A DNA stretch of 64,000 nucleotides. It comes from Mustelus asterias (taxonomy: Eukaryota). How positions within the stretch are numbered: position 1 is the stretch's first letter; every line of letters begins with the position of its first letter. Below, piece after piece: positions 39,486 to 50,949 of this stretch. The stretch spans positions 1,054,001 through 1,118,000 of the forward strand of contig NC_135820.1 in the NCBI RefSeq assembly GCF_964213995.1, read 5' to 3'. A model generated the notes under the pieces. That model was not told the origin of the DNA, made no database searches, and saw only the letters and a program-made list of their open reading frames with translations. The position numbers were made by a program, and so were the translations under genes.

Positions 39486-40507
39486 GATGTGGAGATGCCG
39501 GCGTTGGACTGGGGGAAGCACAGTAAGAAGTCTCACAACACCAGGTTACACGGGACACGGTGGACAGAGTACCCTTCGTCGTCCAGTACTTCCCCGGAGC
39601 GGAGAAGCTACGGCATCTCCTCCGGAGCCTTCAACATGTCATTGATGAAGACGAACATCTCGCCAAGGCCATCCCCACACCCCCACTTCTTGCCTTCAAA
39701 CAACCGCACAACCTCAAACAGACCATTGTCCGCAGCAAACTACCCAGCCTTCAGGAGAACAGTGACCACAACACCACACAACCCTGCCACAGCAACCTCT
39801 GCAAGACGTGCCGGATCATCAACACGGATGCCATCATCTCACGTGAGAACACCATCTACCAGGTACATGGTACCTACTCTTGCAACTCGACCAACGTTGT
39901 CTACCTGATACGCTGCAAGAAAGGATGTCCCGAGGCATGGTACATTGGGGAAACCATGCAGACGCTACGACAACGGATGAATGAACACTGCTCGACAATC
40001 ACCAGGCAAGACTGTGTTCTTCCTGTGGGGGAGCACTTCAGCAGTCACGGGCATTCAGCCTTGGATCTTCAGGTAATCGTTCTCCAAGGCGGCCTTCACG
40101 ACACACGACAGCGCAGAGTCACTGAGCAGAAACTGATAGACAAGTTTCGCACACATGAGGACGGCCTAAACCGGGATGTTGGATTTATGTCACACTATCA
40201 GTAACCCCCACAGCTTGACTCCTGGACTTACACAATTTCACAAGCTGTACTGTCTGGAGACAATACACATCTCTTTAACCTGTGTTGAATGCTCCCTCCA
40301 TCCACATTGTCTGTGCATTTAAGACCTGGCTGGCTGTAGAGATTTGCATTCTAATCAGTATTCTGTAATTTGATTTCTGTGTCTGTGCCCTGTTTGAGAA
40401 CAGAGACCACTCCATCTGACGAAGGAGCATTGCTCCGAAAGCTTATGGTATTTGCTACCAAATAAACCTCTTGGACTTTAACCTGGTGTTGTGAGACTTC
40501 TTACTGT
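39486..40507 (+). mobile_element. Penelope-like fragment copy 6 (hammerhead 40412-40448)
   Basis: Same junctions; frame 39560-40204 with peptide identical to copy 5. Confidence 0.92.
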
Positions 40508-43500
40508 CCCATCAAACACTCCCAGGACAGGTATAGCATGGGGTTAGATACAGAGTAAAGCTCCCTCTACACTGTCCCCATCAAACACTCCCAGGACAGG
40601 TACAGCACGGCGTGAGATACAGGGTGAAGCTCCCTCTACACTGTCCCCATCAAACACTCCCGGACAGGTACAGCACGGGATTAGATACAGAGTAAAGCTC
40701 CCTCTACACTGTCCTCATCAAACACTCCCAGGACAGGTACAGCACAGGGTTAGATAGAGAGTAAAGCTCCCTCTACACTGTCCCCATCAAACACTCCCAG
40801 GACAGGTACAGCACGGGGTTAGATAAAGGGTAAAGCTCCCTCTACACTGTCCCCCATCAAACACTCCCAGGATAGGTACAGCAACACGTTAGATACAGAG
40901 TAAACTCCCTCCACACGTTCCCCATCAAACACTCCCAGGATCGGTACAGCACGGGGTTAGATACAGAGTAAATCTCCCTCGAAACTGTCCACCATCAAAC
41001 ACTCCCAGGACAGGTACAGCACGGGATTAGATACAGAGTAAAGCTCCCTCTACACTGTCCCCATCAAACACTCCCAGGACAGGTATAGCATGGGGTTAGA
41101 TACAGAGTAAAGCTCCCTCTACACTGTCCCCATCAAACACTCCCAGGACAGGTACAGCACGGCGTAAGATACAGGGTAAAGCTCCCTCGACACTGTCCCC
41201 ATCAAACACTCCCGGGACAGGTACAGCACGGTATTAGATACAGAGTAAAGCTCCCTCTACACTGACCTCATCAAACACTCCCAGGACAGGTACAGCACGG
41301 GGTTAGATAGAGAGTGAAGCTCCCTCTACACTGTCCCCATCGAACACTCCCAGGACAAGTACCACACGGGGTTAGAGACAGAGTAAAGCTCCCTCTACAC
41401 TGTCCCTATCAAAAACTCCCAGGACAGGTACAGAATGGGGTTAGATACAGAGTAAAGCGCCCTCCACACTGTCCCCCATCAAATACTCCCAGGACAGTTA
41501 CAGCACGGGGTTAGATGCAGAGTAAATCTCCCTCTACACTGTCCCCCATCAAACACTCCCAGGACAGGTACAGCGCGGGGTTAGATGCAGAGTAAAGCTC
41601 CCTCTACACTGTCCCCATCAAACACTCCTGGGACAGGTACGGCACGGGATTAGATAGAGAGTGAAGCTCCCTCTACACTGTCCCCATCAAACACTTCCAG
41701 GACAGGAACAGCACGGGGGTTAGATACAGAGTAAAGCTCCCTCTACACTGTCCCCCATCAAACACTCCCAGGACCGGTTCAGCGCGGGGTTAGATACAGA
41801 GTAAAGCTCCCTCTACACTGTCCCCATCAAACACTCCCGGGACAGGTACGGCACGGGATTAGATAGAGAGTGAAGCTCCCTCTACACTGTCCCCATCAAA
41901 CACTCCCAGGACAGGTACAGCACGGGGTTAGATACAGAGTAAAGCTCCCTCTACACTGTCCTCATCAAACACTCCCGGGACAGGTACAGCACGGGGTTAG
42001 ATAGAGAGTGAAGCTCCCTCTACACTGTCCCCATCGAACACTCCCAGGACAAGTACCACACGGGGTTAGATACAGAGTAAAGCTCCCTCTACACTGTCCC
42101 TATCAAAAACTCCCAGGACAGGTACAGAATGGGGTTAGATACAGAGTAAAGCGCCCTCCACACTGTCCCCCATCAAATACTCCCAGGACAGTAACAGCAC
42201 GGGGTTAGATGCAGAGTAAATCTCCCTCTACACTGTCCCCCATCAAACACTCCCAGGACAGGTACAGCGCGGGGTTAGATACAGAGTAAAGCTCCCTCTA
42301 CACTGTCCCCATCAAACACTCCCGGGACAGGTACGGCACGGGATTAGATAGAGAGTGAAGCTCCCTCTACACTGTCCCCATCAAACACTCCCAGGACAGG
42401 TACAGCACGGCGTAAGATACAGGGTAAAGCTCCCTCGACACTGTCCCCATCAAACACTCCCGGGACAGGTACAGCACGGTATTACATACAGAGTAAAGCT
42501 CCCTCTACACTGACCTCATCAAACACTCCCAGGACAGGTACAGCACGGGGTTAGATAGAGAGTGAAGCTCCCTCTACACTGTCCCCATCGAACACTCCCA
42601 GGACAAGTACCACACGGGGTTAGAGACAGAGTAAAGCTCCCTCTACACTGTCCCTATCAAAAACTCCCAGGACAGGTACAGAATGGGGTTAGATACAGAG
42701 TAAAGCGCCCTCCACACTGTCCCCCATCAAATACTCCCAGGACAGTTACAGCACGGGGTTAGATGCAGAGTAAATCTCCCTCTACACTGTCCCCCATCAA
42801 ACACTCCCAGGACAGGTACAGCGCGGGGTTAGATGCAGAGTAAAGCTCCCTCTACACTGTCCCCATCAAACACTCCTGGGACAGGTACGGCACGGGATTA
42901 GATAGAGAGTGAAGCTCCCTCTACACTGTCCCCATCAAACACTTCCAGGACAGGAACAGCACGGGGGTTAGATACAGAGTAAAGCTCCCTCTACACTGTC
43001 CCCCATCAAACACTCCCAGGACCGGTTCAGCGCGGGGTTAGATACAGAGTAAAGCTCCCTCTACACTGTCCCCATCAAACACTCCCGGGACAGGTACGGC
43101 ACGGGATTAGATAGAGAGTGAAGCTCCCTCTACACTGTCCCCATCAAACACTCCCAGGACAGGTACAGCACGGGGTTAGATACAGAGTAAAGCTCCCTCT
43201 ACACTGTCCTCATCAAACACTCCCGGGACAGGTACAGCACGGGGTTAGATAGAGAGTGAAGCTCCCTCTACACTGTCCCCATCGAACACTCCCAGGACAA
43301 GTACCACACGGTGTTAGATACAGAGTAAAGCTCCCTCTACACTGTCCCTATCAAAAACTCCCAGGACAGGTACAGAATGGGGTTAGATACAGAGTAAAGC
43401 GCCCTCCACACTGTCCCCCATCAAATACTCCCAGGACAGTTACAGCACGGGGTTAGATGCAGAGTAAATCTCCCTCTACACTGTCCCCCATCAAACACTC

Positions 43501-45099
43501 CCAGGACAGGTACAGCGCGGGGTTAGATACAGAGTAAAGCTCCCTCTACACTGTCCCCATCAAACACTCCCGGGACAGGTACGGCACGGGATTAGATAGA
43601 GAGTGAAGCTCCCTCTACCCTGTCCCCATCAAACACTTCCAGGACAGGAACAGCACGGGGTTAGATACAGAGTAAAGCTCCCTCTACACTGTCCCCCATC
43701 AAACACTCCCAGGACAGGTACAGCGCGGGGTTAGATACAGAGTAAAGCTCCCTCTACACTGTCCCCATCAAACACTCCCGGGACAGGTACGGCACGGGAT
43801 TAGATAGAGTGAAGCTCCCTCTACACTGTCCCCATCAAACACTCCCAGGACAGGTACAGCACGGGGTTAGATACAGAGTAAAGCTCCCTCTACACTGTCC
43901 TCATCAAACACTCCCGGGACAGGTACAGCACAGGGTTAGATACAGAGTAAAGCTCCATCTACACTGTCCCCATCAAACACTCCCCGGACAGGTACAGCAC
44001 GGGGTTAGATACAGAGGTAAGCTCCCTCTATACTGTCCTCATCAAACACTCCCAGAACAGGTACAGCATGGGGTTCGATACAGAGTAAAGCTCCCTCTAC
44101 ACTGTCCCCATCAAACACTCCCAGGACAGGTACAGCACGGTGTTAGATACAGAGTAAAGCTCCCTCTGCACTGTCCTCATCAAACACTCCCAGGGCAGGT
44201 ACAGCACAGGGTTAGATACAGAGTAAAGCTCCCTCTACACTGTCCTCATCAAACACTCCCGGGACAGGTACAGCACGGGATTAGATACAGAGTAAAGCTC
44301 CCTCTACACTGTCCCCATCAAACACATCCAGGACACGTACAGCACGGGGTTAGATACAGAGTAAAGCTCCCTCTACACTGTCCACATCAAACACTCCCAG
44401 GACAGGTACAGCACGGGGTTAGATAGAGAGTGAAGCTCCCTCTCCACTGTCCCCATCAAACACTCCCAGGACAGGTACAGCATGGGGTTAGATACAGAGT
44501 AAAGCTCCCTCCACACTGTCCCCATCAAACACACCCAGGACAGGTACAGCACGGGGTTAGATACAGAGTAAAGCTCCCTCTACACTGTCCCCATCAAACA
44601 CTCCCAGGACAGGTACAGCATGGGGTTAGATACAGAGTAAAGCTCCCTCGAAACTGTCCACCATCAAACACTCCCAGGATAGGTACAGCAACACGTTAGA
44701 TACAGAGTAAAGCTCCCTCTACACTGTCCCCCATCAAACACTCCCCGGACAGGTACAGCATGGGGTTAGATACAGAGGAAAGCTCCCTCTACACTGTCCC
44801 CATCAAACACTCCCAGGACCGGTACAGCATGGGGTGAGATACAGAGGAAAGCTCCCTCTCCACTGTCCCCATCAAACACTCCCAGAACAGGTACAGCACG
44901 GTGTTCGATACAGAGTAAAGCTCTCTCTACACTGTCCCCATCAAACACTCCCAGGACAGGTACAGCAACACGTTAGATACAGTGTAAAGCTCCTTTGACA
45001 CTGTCCCCCATCAAACACTCCCAGGACATTCTGGGGATCATTTTTTTTTTTTTGCTTGGGAAATGTTAAATTTGGTTGAGTGGCCGGTGTGGAACCTGT

Positions 45100-45340
45100 A
45101 ACGAGGGAAGTGAAATCAGGTCCGCGGAGGTGAAGTTGCCATGACGACGCTCCAGCTGGTCACATGGTCAGCAAAGGGAAGGAAGGAAGTCTCCTTGAAA
45201 ACCGCGCTCTCCCCTCCCCCCTCCCCCCCTGCTCCCCCTCTCCGCCCTGCCCCCCCCCTCCCCCGCCGCCAACCCGCCCACTGCCACCCCACTGTAACCG
45301 ACTTGATGGAAAGCAGAACAGAAAGTGACGTGAGTCACTG
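45100..45340. promoter_or_regulatory. Candidate immune enhancer/promoter (Ets-IRF composite, X-box-like, E-box, GC-rich tract, CRE/AP-1)
   Basis: GGAAGTGAAA 45106-45115, GTTGCCATGACGAC 45135-45148, GTCACATG 45159-45166, TGACGTGAGTCA 45326-45337, all in CpG-rich unique sequence. Confidence 0.45.
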
Positions 45341-45513
45341 TCACACAACACGTCTAAGAAACACTTCTCCAGCCCTCCCCCCGCCACCCCCACCCCTCAG
45401 GACGTCCCAAAGCCACGAACAGACAATGACCAACTTGTTGTGCGGTGAGGTCACAATTCGAAGGTCGGAAGTTCAGCAGGCAATTTACGCACGGCAAGAT
45501 CCCACAAGCAGCA

Positions 45514-45830
45514 CAGCGGCACCGTGGTTAACACTGCTGCCTCACAGCGCCAGGGACCCGGGTTCGATTCCCGGCTCGGGTCACTGTCTGTGTGGAGTTT
45601 GCACATTCTCCCCGTGTCTGCGTGGGTTTCCTCCGGGTGCTCCAGTTTCCGCCCGCAGTCCGAAAATGTGCGGGTTAGGTGGATTGGCCATGATAAATTG
45701 CCCTTCAGTGTCAGGGGATTGGTAGGGTAAATACGTGGGGTTACGGGCATGGGGCCTGGGTTGGATTGTGGTTGGTGCAGACTTGATGGGCCAAATGGAC
45801 TCCTTCTGCACTGTGGGGATTCTATGATTT
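45514..45830 (+). mobile_element. HE1 V-SINE, full length
   Basis: Head, core and HER1-like tail. Confidence 0.9.
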
Positions 45831-45834
45831 TTAT

Positions 45835-45945
45835 GATGACACAGACCATCTTTTTTGTTCAGTGATCATGGTTGAGAGATGCATCACCCTACCCCGCCTG
45901 CTCTCATTCTGAAAGACAACACCTCTGACAGTGCAGCACTCCCTC
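45835..45945 (-). mobile_element. Deu-domain SINE (SacSINE1/AmnSINE-like) remnant abutting the 33-bp array
   Basis: Minus strand GAGGGAGTGCTGCACTGTCAGAGGTGTTGTCTTTCAGAATGAGA resembles the recalled Deu-domain start. Confidence 0.55.
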
Positions 45946-46941
45946 AGTGCTGACCCTCTGACAGTGCGGCACTCCCTCAGTACTGACCCTCTAACAGTGC
46001 GGCAGTCCCTCAGTTCTGACCCTCTGACAGTGCGGCACTCCCTCAGTACTGACCCTCTGACAGTGCGGCACTCCCTCAGTACTGACCCTCTGACAGTGCG
46101 GCGCTCCCTCAGAACTGACCCTCTGACAGTACAGCACTCCCTCAGTACTGACCCTCTGACAGTGCGGCACTCCCTCAGTACTGACCCTCTGACAGTGCTG
46201 CACTCCCTCAGTACTGACCCTCTGACAGTGCGGCACTCCCTCAGTACTGACCCTCTGACAGTGCTGCACTCCCTCAGTACTGACCCACTGACAGTGCTGC
46301 ACTCCCTCAGTACTGACCCTCTGGCAGTGCGGCACTCCCTCAGTACTGACCCTCTGACAGTGCGGCACTCCCTCAGTACTGACCCTCTGACAGTGCGGCA
46401 CTCCCTCAATACTGACCCTCTGACAGTGCGGCACTCCCTCAGTACTGACCCTCTGACAGTGCGGCACTCCCTCAGTACTGACCCTCTGACAGTGCGGCAC
46501 TCCCTCAGTACTGACCCTCTGACAGTGCGGCACTCCCTCAGTACTGACCCTCTGACAGTGCTGCACTCCCTCAGTACTGACCCTCTGACAGTGCGGCACT
46601 CCCTCAGTACTGACCCTCTGACAGTGCGGCACTCCCTCAGTACTGACCCTCTGACAGTGCGGCACTCCCTCAGTACTGACCCTCTGACAGTGCGGCACTC
46701 CCTCAGTACTGACCCTCTGACAGTGCGGCACTCCCTCAGTACTGACCCTCTGACAGTGCGGCACTCCCTCAGTACTGACCCTCTGACAGTGCAGCCCTCC
46801 CTCAGTACTGACCCTCTGACAGTGCGGCACTCCCTCAGTACTGACCCTCTGACAGTGCGGCACTCCCTCAGCACTGACCCTCTGACAGTGCAGCACTCCC
46901 TCAGCACTGACCCTTTGACAGTGCGGCACTCCCTCAGTACT
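45922..46941 (-). repeat. 33-bp minisatellite
   Basis: Reverse complement of the unit at 10156-11730. Confidence 0.97.
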
Positions 46942-48426
46942 AACTATTCAGGTGAGCGTTCATTTTCGGCACTGAAGAGGATCAAAATCTATTTGCTCTC
47001 AACAATGAGCGATGAGAATCTGGCCCTCATGCACATTGAATCAAAGAACAAAGAACAGTACAGCACAGGAAACAGGCCCTTCGGCCCTCCAAGCCTGTGC
47101 CGCTCCTTGGTCCAACTAGACCAATCGTTTGTATCCCTCCATTCCCAGGCTGCTCATGTGACTATCCAGGTAAGTCTTAAACGATGTCAGCGTGCCTGCC
47201 TCCACCACCCTACTTGGCAGCGCATTCCAGGCCCCCACCACCCTCTGTGTAAAAAACATCCCTCTAATATCTGAGTTATACTTCGCCCCTCTCAGCTTGA
47301 GCCCGTGACCCCTCGTGATCGTCACCTCCGACCTGGGAAAAAGCTTCCCACTGTTCACCCTATCTATACCCTTCATAATCTTGTATACCTCTATTAGATC
47401 TCCCCTCATTCTCCGTCTTTCCAAGGAGAACAACCGCAGTCTACCCAATCTCTCCTCATCGCTAAGACTCTCCATACCAGGCAACATCCTGGTAAACCTT
47501 CTCTGCACTCTCTCCAATGCCTCCACGTCCTTCTGGTAGTGCGGCGACCAGAACTGGACGCAGTACTCCAAATGTGGCCTAACCAGCATTCTATACAGCT
47601 GCATCATCAGACTCCAGCTTTTATACTCTATACCCCATCCTATAAAGGCAAGTATACCATATGCCTTCTTCACCACCTTCTCCACCTGTGTTGCCACCTT
47701 CAAGGATTTGTGGACTTGCACACCTAGGTCCCTCTGTGTTTCTATACTCCTGATGACTCTGCCATTTATTGTATAACTCCTCCCTACATTATTTCTTCCA
47801 AAATGCATCACTTCGCATTTATCCGGATTAAACTCCATCTGCCACCTCTCCGCCCAATTTTCCAGCCTATCTATATCCTGCTGTATTGCCCGACAATGCT
47901 CTTCGCTATCCGCAAGTCCAGCCATCTTCGTGTCATCCGCAAACTTGCTGATTACACCAGTTACACCTTCTTCCAAATCATTTATATATATCACAAATAG
48001 CAGAGATCCCAGTACAGAGCCCTGTGGAACACCACTGGTCACAGACCTCCAGCCGGAAAAAGACCCTTCGACCACTACCCTCTGTCTCCTGTGGCCAAGC
48101 CAGTTCTCCACCCATCTAGCCACATGCTTTGATCTGTTGATTCACATGCTGTTATCGACACTTTTGTAAACCAAAATACATGGAAGCTTTTTAAAGTACA
48201 TATTGTGAAGAAAGTGAAAAATAAATGAATAAAAGGGCTGTAATTGATCCATATAACTTTATGATATTATACATGTTGTACATTGTACTTTGTACAACGA
48301 CATAAGTTATCTAACATCACTTAAAATCACTTTATTCTATTCAACGAAGGGTGGGGCAGGGGGCAAGGTCAGGGGGCCTTACTAAAGCTCAGCCTCGGGG
48401 TCCGGGTGGTAGTTAATCCGCCACTG
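46940..48426 (+). mobile_element. hAT transposon right-end fragment, copy 1, split by a CR1 insertion
   Basis: NYSGERSFSALKRIKIYLLSTMSDENLALMHIES (hAT C-terminal dimerisation motif); ends TAATCCGCCACTG (TIR-like). Confidence 0.75.
47044..48121 (-). mobile_element. 5'-truncated young CR1-type LINE with uninterrupted RT frame
   Basis: GVPQGSVLG, KFADD, LEYCVQFWSP, FFTQRVVGAWNALP; tail (GTTCTTT)n. Confidence 0.93.
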
Positions 48427-48429
48427 ACT

Positions 48430-49168
48430 TCCCCAGTACTGACCCTCTGACAGTGCGGCACTCCCTCAGTACGGACCCTCTGACAGTGCAGCACTCCCTC
48501 AGTACGGACCCTCTGACAGTGCAGCACTCCCTCAGTACTGACCCTCTGACAGTGCGGCACTCCCTCAGTACGGACCCTCTGACAGTGCAGCACTCCCTCA
48601 GTACTGACCCTCTGACAGTGCAGCACTCCCTCAGTACTGACCCTCTGGCAGTGCGGCACTCCCTCAGTACTGACCCTCTGACAGTGCGGCACTCCCTCAG
48701 TACTGACCCACTGACAGTGCGGCACTCGCTCAGTACTGACCCTCTGACAGTGCGGCACTCCCTCAGTACTGACCCTCTGACAGTGCGGCACTCCCTCAGT
48801 ACTGACCCTCTGACAGTGCAGCACTCCCTCAGTACTGACCCTCTGACAGTGCAGCACTCCCTCAGTACTGACCCTCTGGACAGTGCGGCAGTCCCTCAGT
48901 ACTGACCCTCTGACAGTGCGGCACTCCCTCAGTACTGACCCTCTGACAGTGCGGCACTCCCTCAGTATTGACCCTCTGACAGTGCGGCACTCCCTCAGTA
49001 CTGACCCTCTGACAGTGCAGCCCTCCCTCGGTACAAACCCTCTGACAGTGCGGCACTCCCTCAGTACTGACCCTCTGACAGTGCGGCACTCCCTCAGTAC
49101 TGACCCTCTGACAGTGCGGCACTCCCTCAGCACTGACCCTCTGACAGTGCGGCACTCCCTCAGTACTA
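48430..49168 (-). repeat. 33-bp minisatellite
   Basis: Same unit. Confidence 0.95.
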
Positions 49169-49573
49169 ACTATTCAGGTGAGCATTCATTTTCGGCATTG
49201 AAGAGGATCAAAATCTATTTGCGCTCAACAATGAGCGATGAGAATCTGGCCCTCATGCACATTGAATCAGACATGCTTTGATCTGTTGATTCACGTGCTG
49301 TTATCGACACTTTTGTAAACCAAAATACACGGAAGCTTTTTAAAGTACAAATGTAAAGAAAATGAAAAATAAATGAATGAAAGGGTTTAATTGATCCATA
49401 TAACTTTATGATATTATACATGTTGTACATTGTACTTTGTACAACGACATGAGTTATCAAACATCACTTAAAATCACTTTATTCTATTCAACGAAGGGTG
49501 GGGCAGGGGGCAAGGTCAGGGGGCCTTACTAAAGCTCAGCCTCGGGGTCCGGGTGGTAGTTAATCCGCCACTG
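49167..49573 (+). mobile_element. hAT transposon right-end fragment, copy 2 (uninterrupted)
   Basis: NYSGEHSFSALKRIKIYLRSTMSDENLALMHIESDML; ends TAATCCGCCACTG at 49561-49573. Confidence 0.75.
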
Positions 49574-50277
49574 ACTCCCTCAGTACTGACCCTCTGACAG
49601 TGCGGCACTCCCTCAGTACTGACCCTCTGACAGTGCGGCACTCCCTCAGTACTGACCCTCTGACAGTGCGGCACTCCCTCAGTACTGACTCTCTGACAGT
49701 GCGGCACTCCCTCAGTTCTGACCCTCTGACAGTGCGGCACTCCCTCAGTACTGACCCTCTGACAGTGCGGCACTCCCTCAGTACTGACCCTCTGACAGTG
49801 CTGCACTCCCTCAGTACTGACCCTCTGACAGTGCAGCACTCCCTCAGTACTGACCCTCTGACAGTGCGGCACTCCCTCAGCACTGACCCTCTGACTGTGT
49901 GGCACTCCCTCAGTACTGACCCTCTGACAGTGCCGCACTCCCTCAGTACTGACCCTCTGACAGTGCGGCACTCCCTCAGTACTGACCCTCTGACAGTGCG
50001 GCACTCCCTCAGCATTGGCCCTCTGACAGTGCGGCACTCCCTCAGTACTGACCCTCTGACAGTGCGGCACTCCCTCAGTACTGACCCTCTGACAGTGCGG
50101 CACTCCCTCAGCACTGACCCTCTGACAGTGCGGCACTCCCTCAGTACTGACCCTCTGACAGTGCGGCACTCCCTCAGTACTGACTCTCTGACAGTGCGGC
50201 ACTCCCTCAGTACTGACCCTCTGACAGTGCGGCACTCCCTCAGTACTGACCCTCTGACGGTGAAGCACTCCCTCAGT
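49574..50277 (-). repeat. 33-bp minisatellite
   Basis: Same unit. Confidence 0.95.
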
Positions 50278-50949
50278 TTGTCTCGATGGTTTTCCCCCTC
50301 TCACCCCCATATCTCCCTTCCAGTATTTCTCCAATTCCCCTTTTGAAAGCTCCAATTGAATCTGCTTCCACCGCCCTTTCAGGGAGGGTCTCCCCTCTGA
50401 AACTGGGCCAATCTGCATGACTGGATTTCTGTGTTGAATTTTTTTATCCTGCTGATGTGGGAATTGTATAATTTTAACTTTACCACAATCCAGTTTTGGC
50501 ATCAGTCCCTATCATAATCAGGAAAACCCCTCATTTCCATGTTCAAGGGTCAAACCGTCAGCAGCAATTGGCAAGGTCAAACTTAGGCCTCAGCCTGTCC
50601 TAGGAGTAAATTTCTGAGGAGTCCCAGGCAGGAGTGCACCCATCCTGGGACCACCCCCTGTCAGTTCCATACCCCGCCCCTCCCCCCCACCAAACTTCTT
50701 GCTGTTAAGGTCAAAACTGTTTGGAAATCATTTTTAAAATCCCCCGTAGTTCTACCTGGAAAGACCCTGTTACTCATTTGTTCAGGCAAAGGGGAAGATA
50801 TTCGATTCTGATCCAATGATATCATGCTGGGACCAGTTTATCAGTCCCGTGGGCAAAGTTCCCTCCCATGTTTTTGCTCGGGTATTGAGCAGATCCGGAA
50901 TCAGGAGACCGTTCTACCTGCGGGGCCACTGGCCCAAGCCTCATTGGGA

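Larger units (their letters stand above)
16251..45028 (+). repeat. 69/70-bp satellite array (about 28.8 kb including six embedded elements)
   Basis: Unit CTCCCTCTACACTGTCCCCATCAAACACTCCCAGGACAGGTACAGCACGGGGTTAGATACAGAGTAAAG, with recurrent variant monomers. Confidence 0.98.

Noticed and set aside
16251-45028. CRISPR array or repeat-protein genes (KLPLHCPHQTLPGQVQHGVRYRV ORFs)
   Set aside because: Head-to-tail 69-bp units with no unique spacers, no cas genes and a eukaryotic context; frames break at every 70-bp variant.
16251-50277. CACTGTC in the 69- and 33-bp units as V(D)J recombination signals
   Set aside because: The reverse complement GACAGTG lacks the essential CAC start, and no spaced nonamer was seen.
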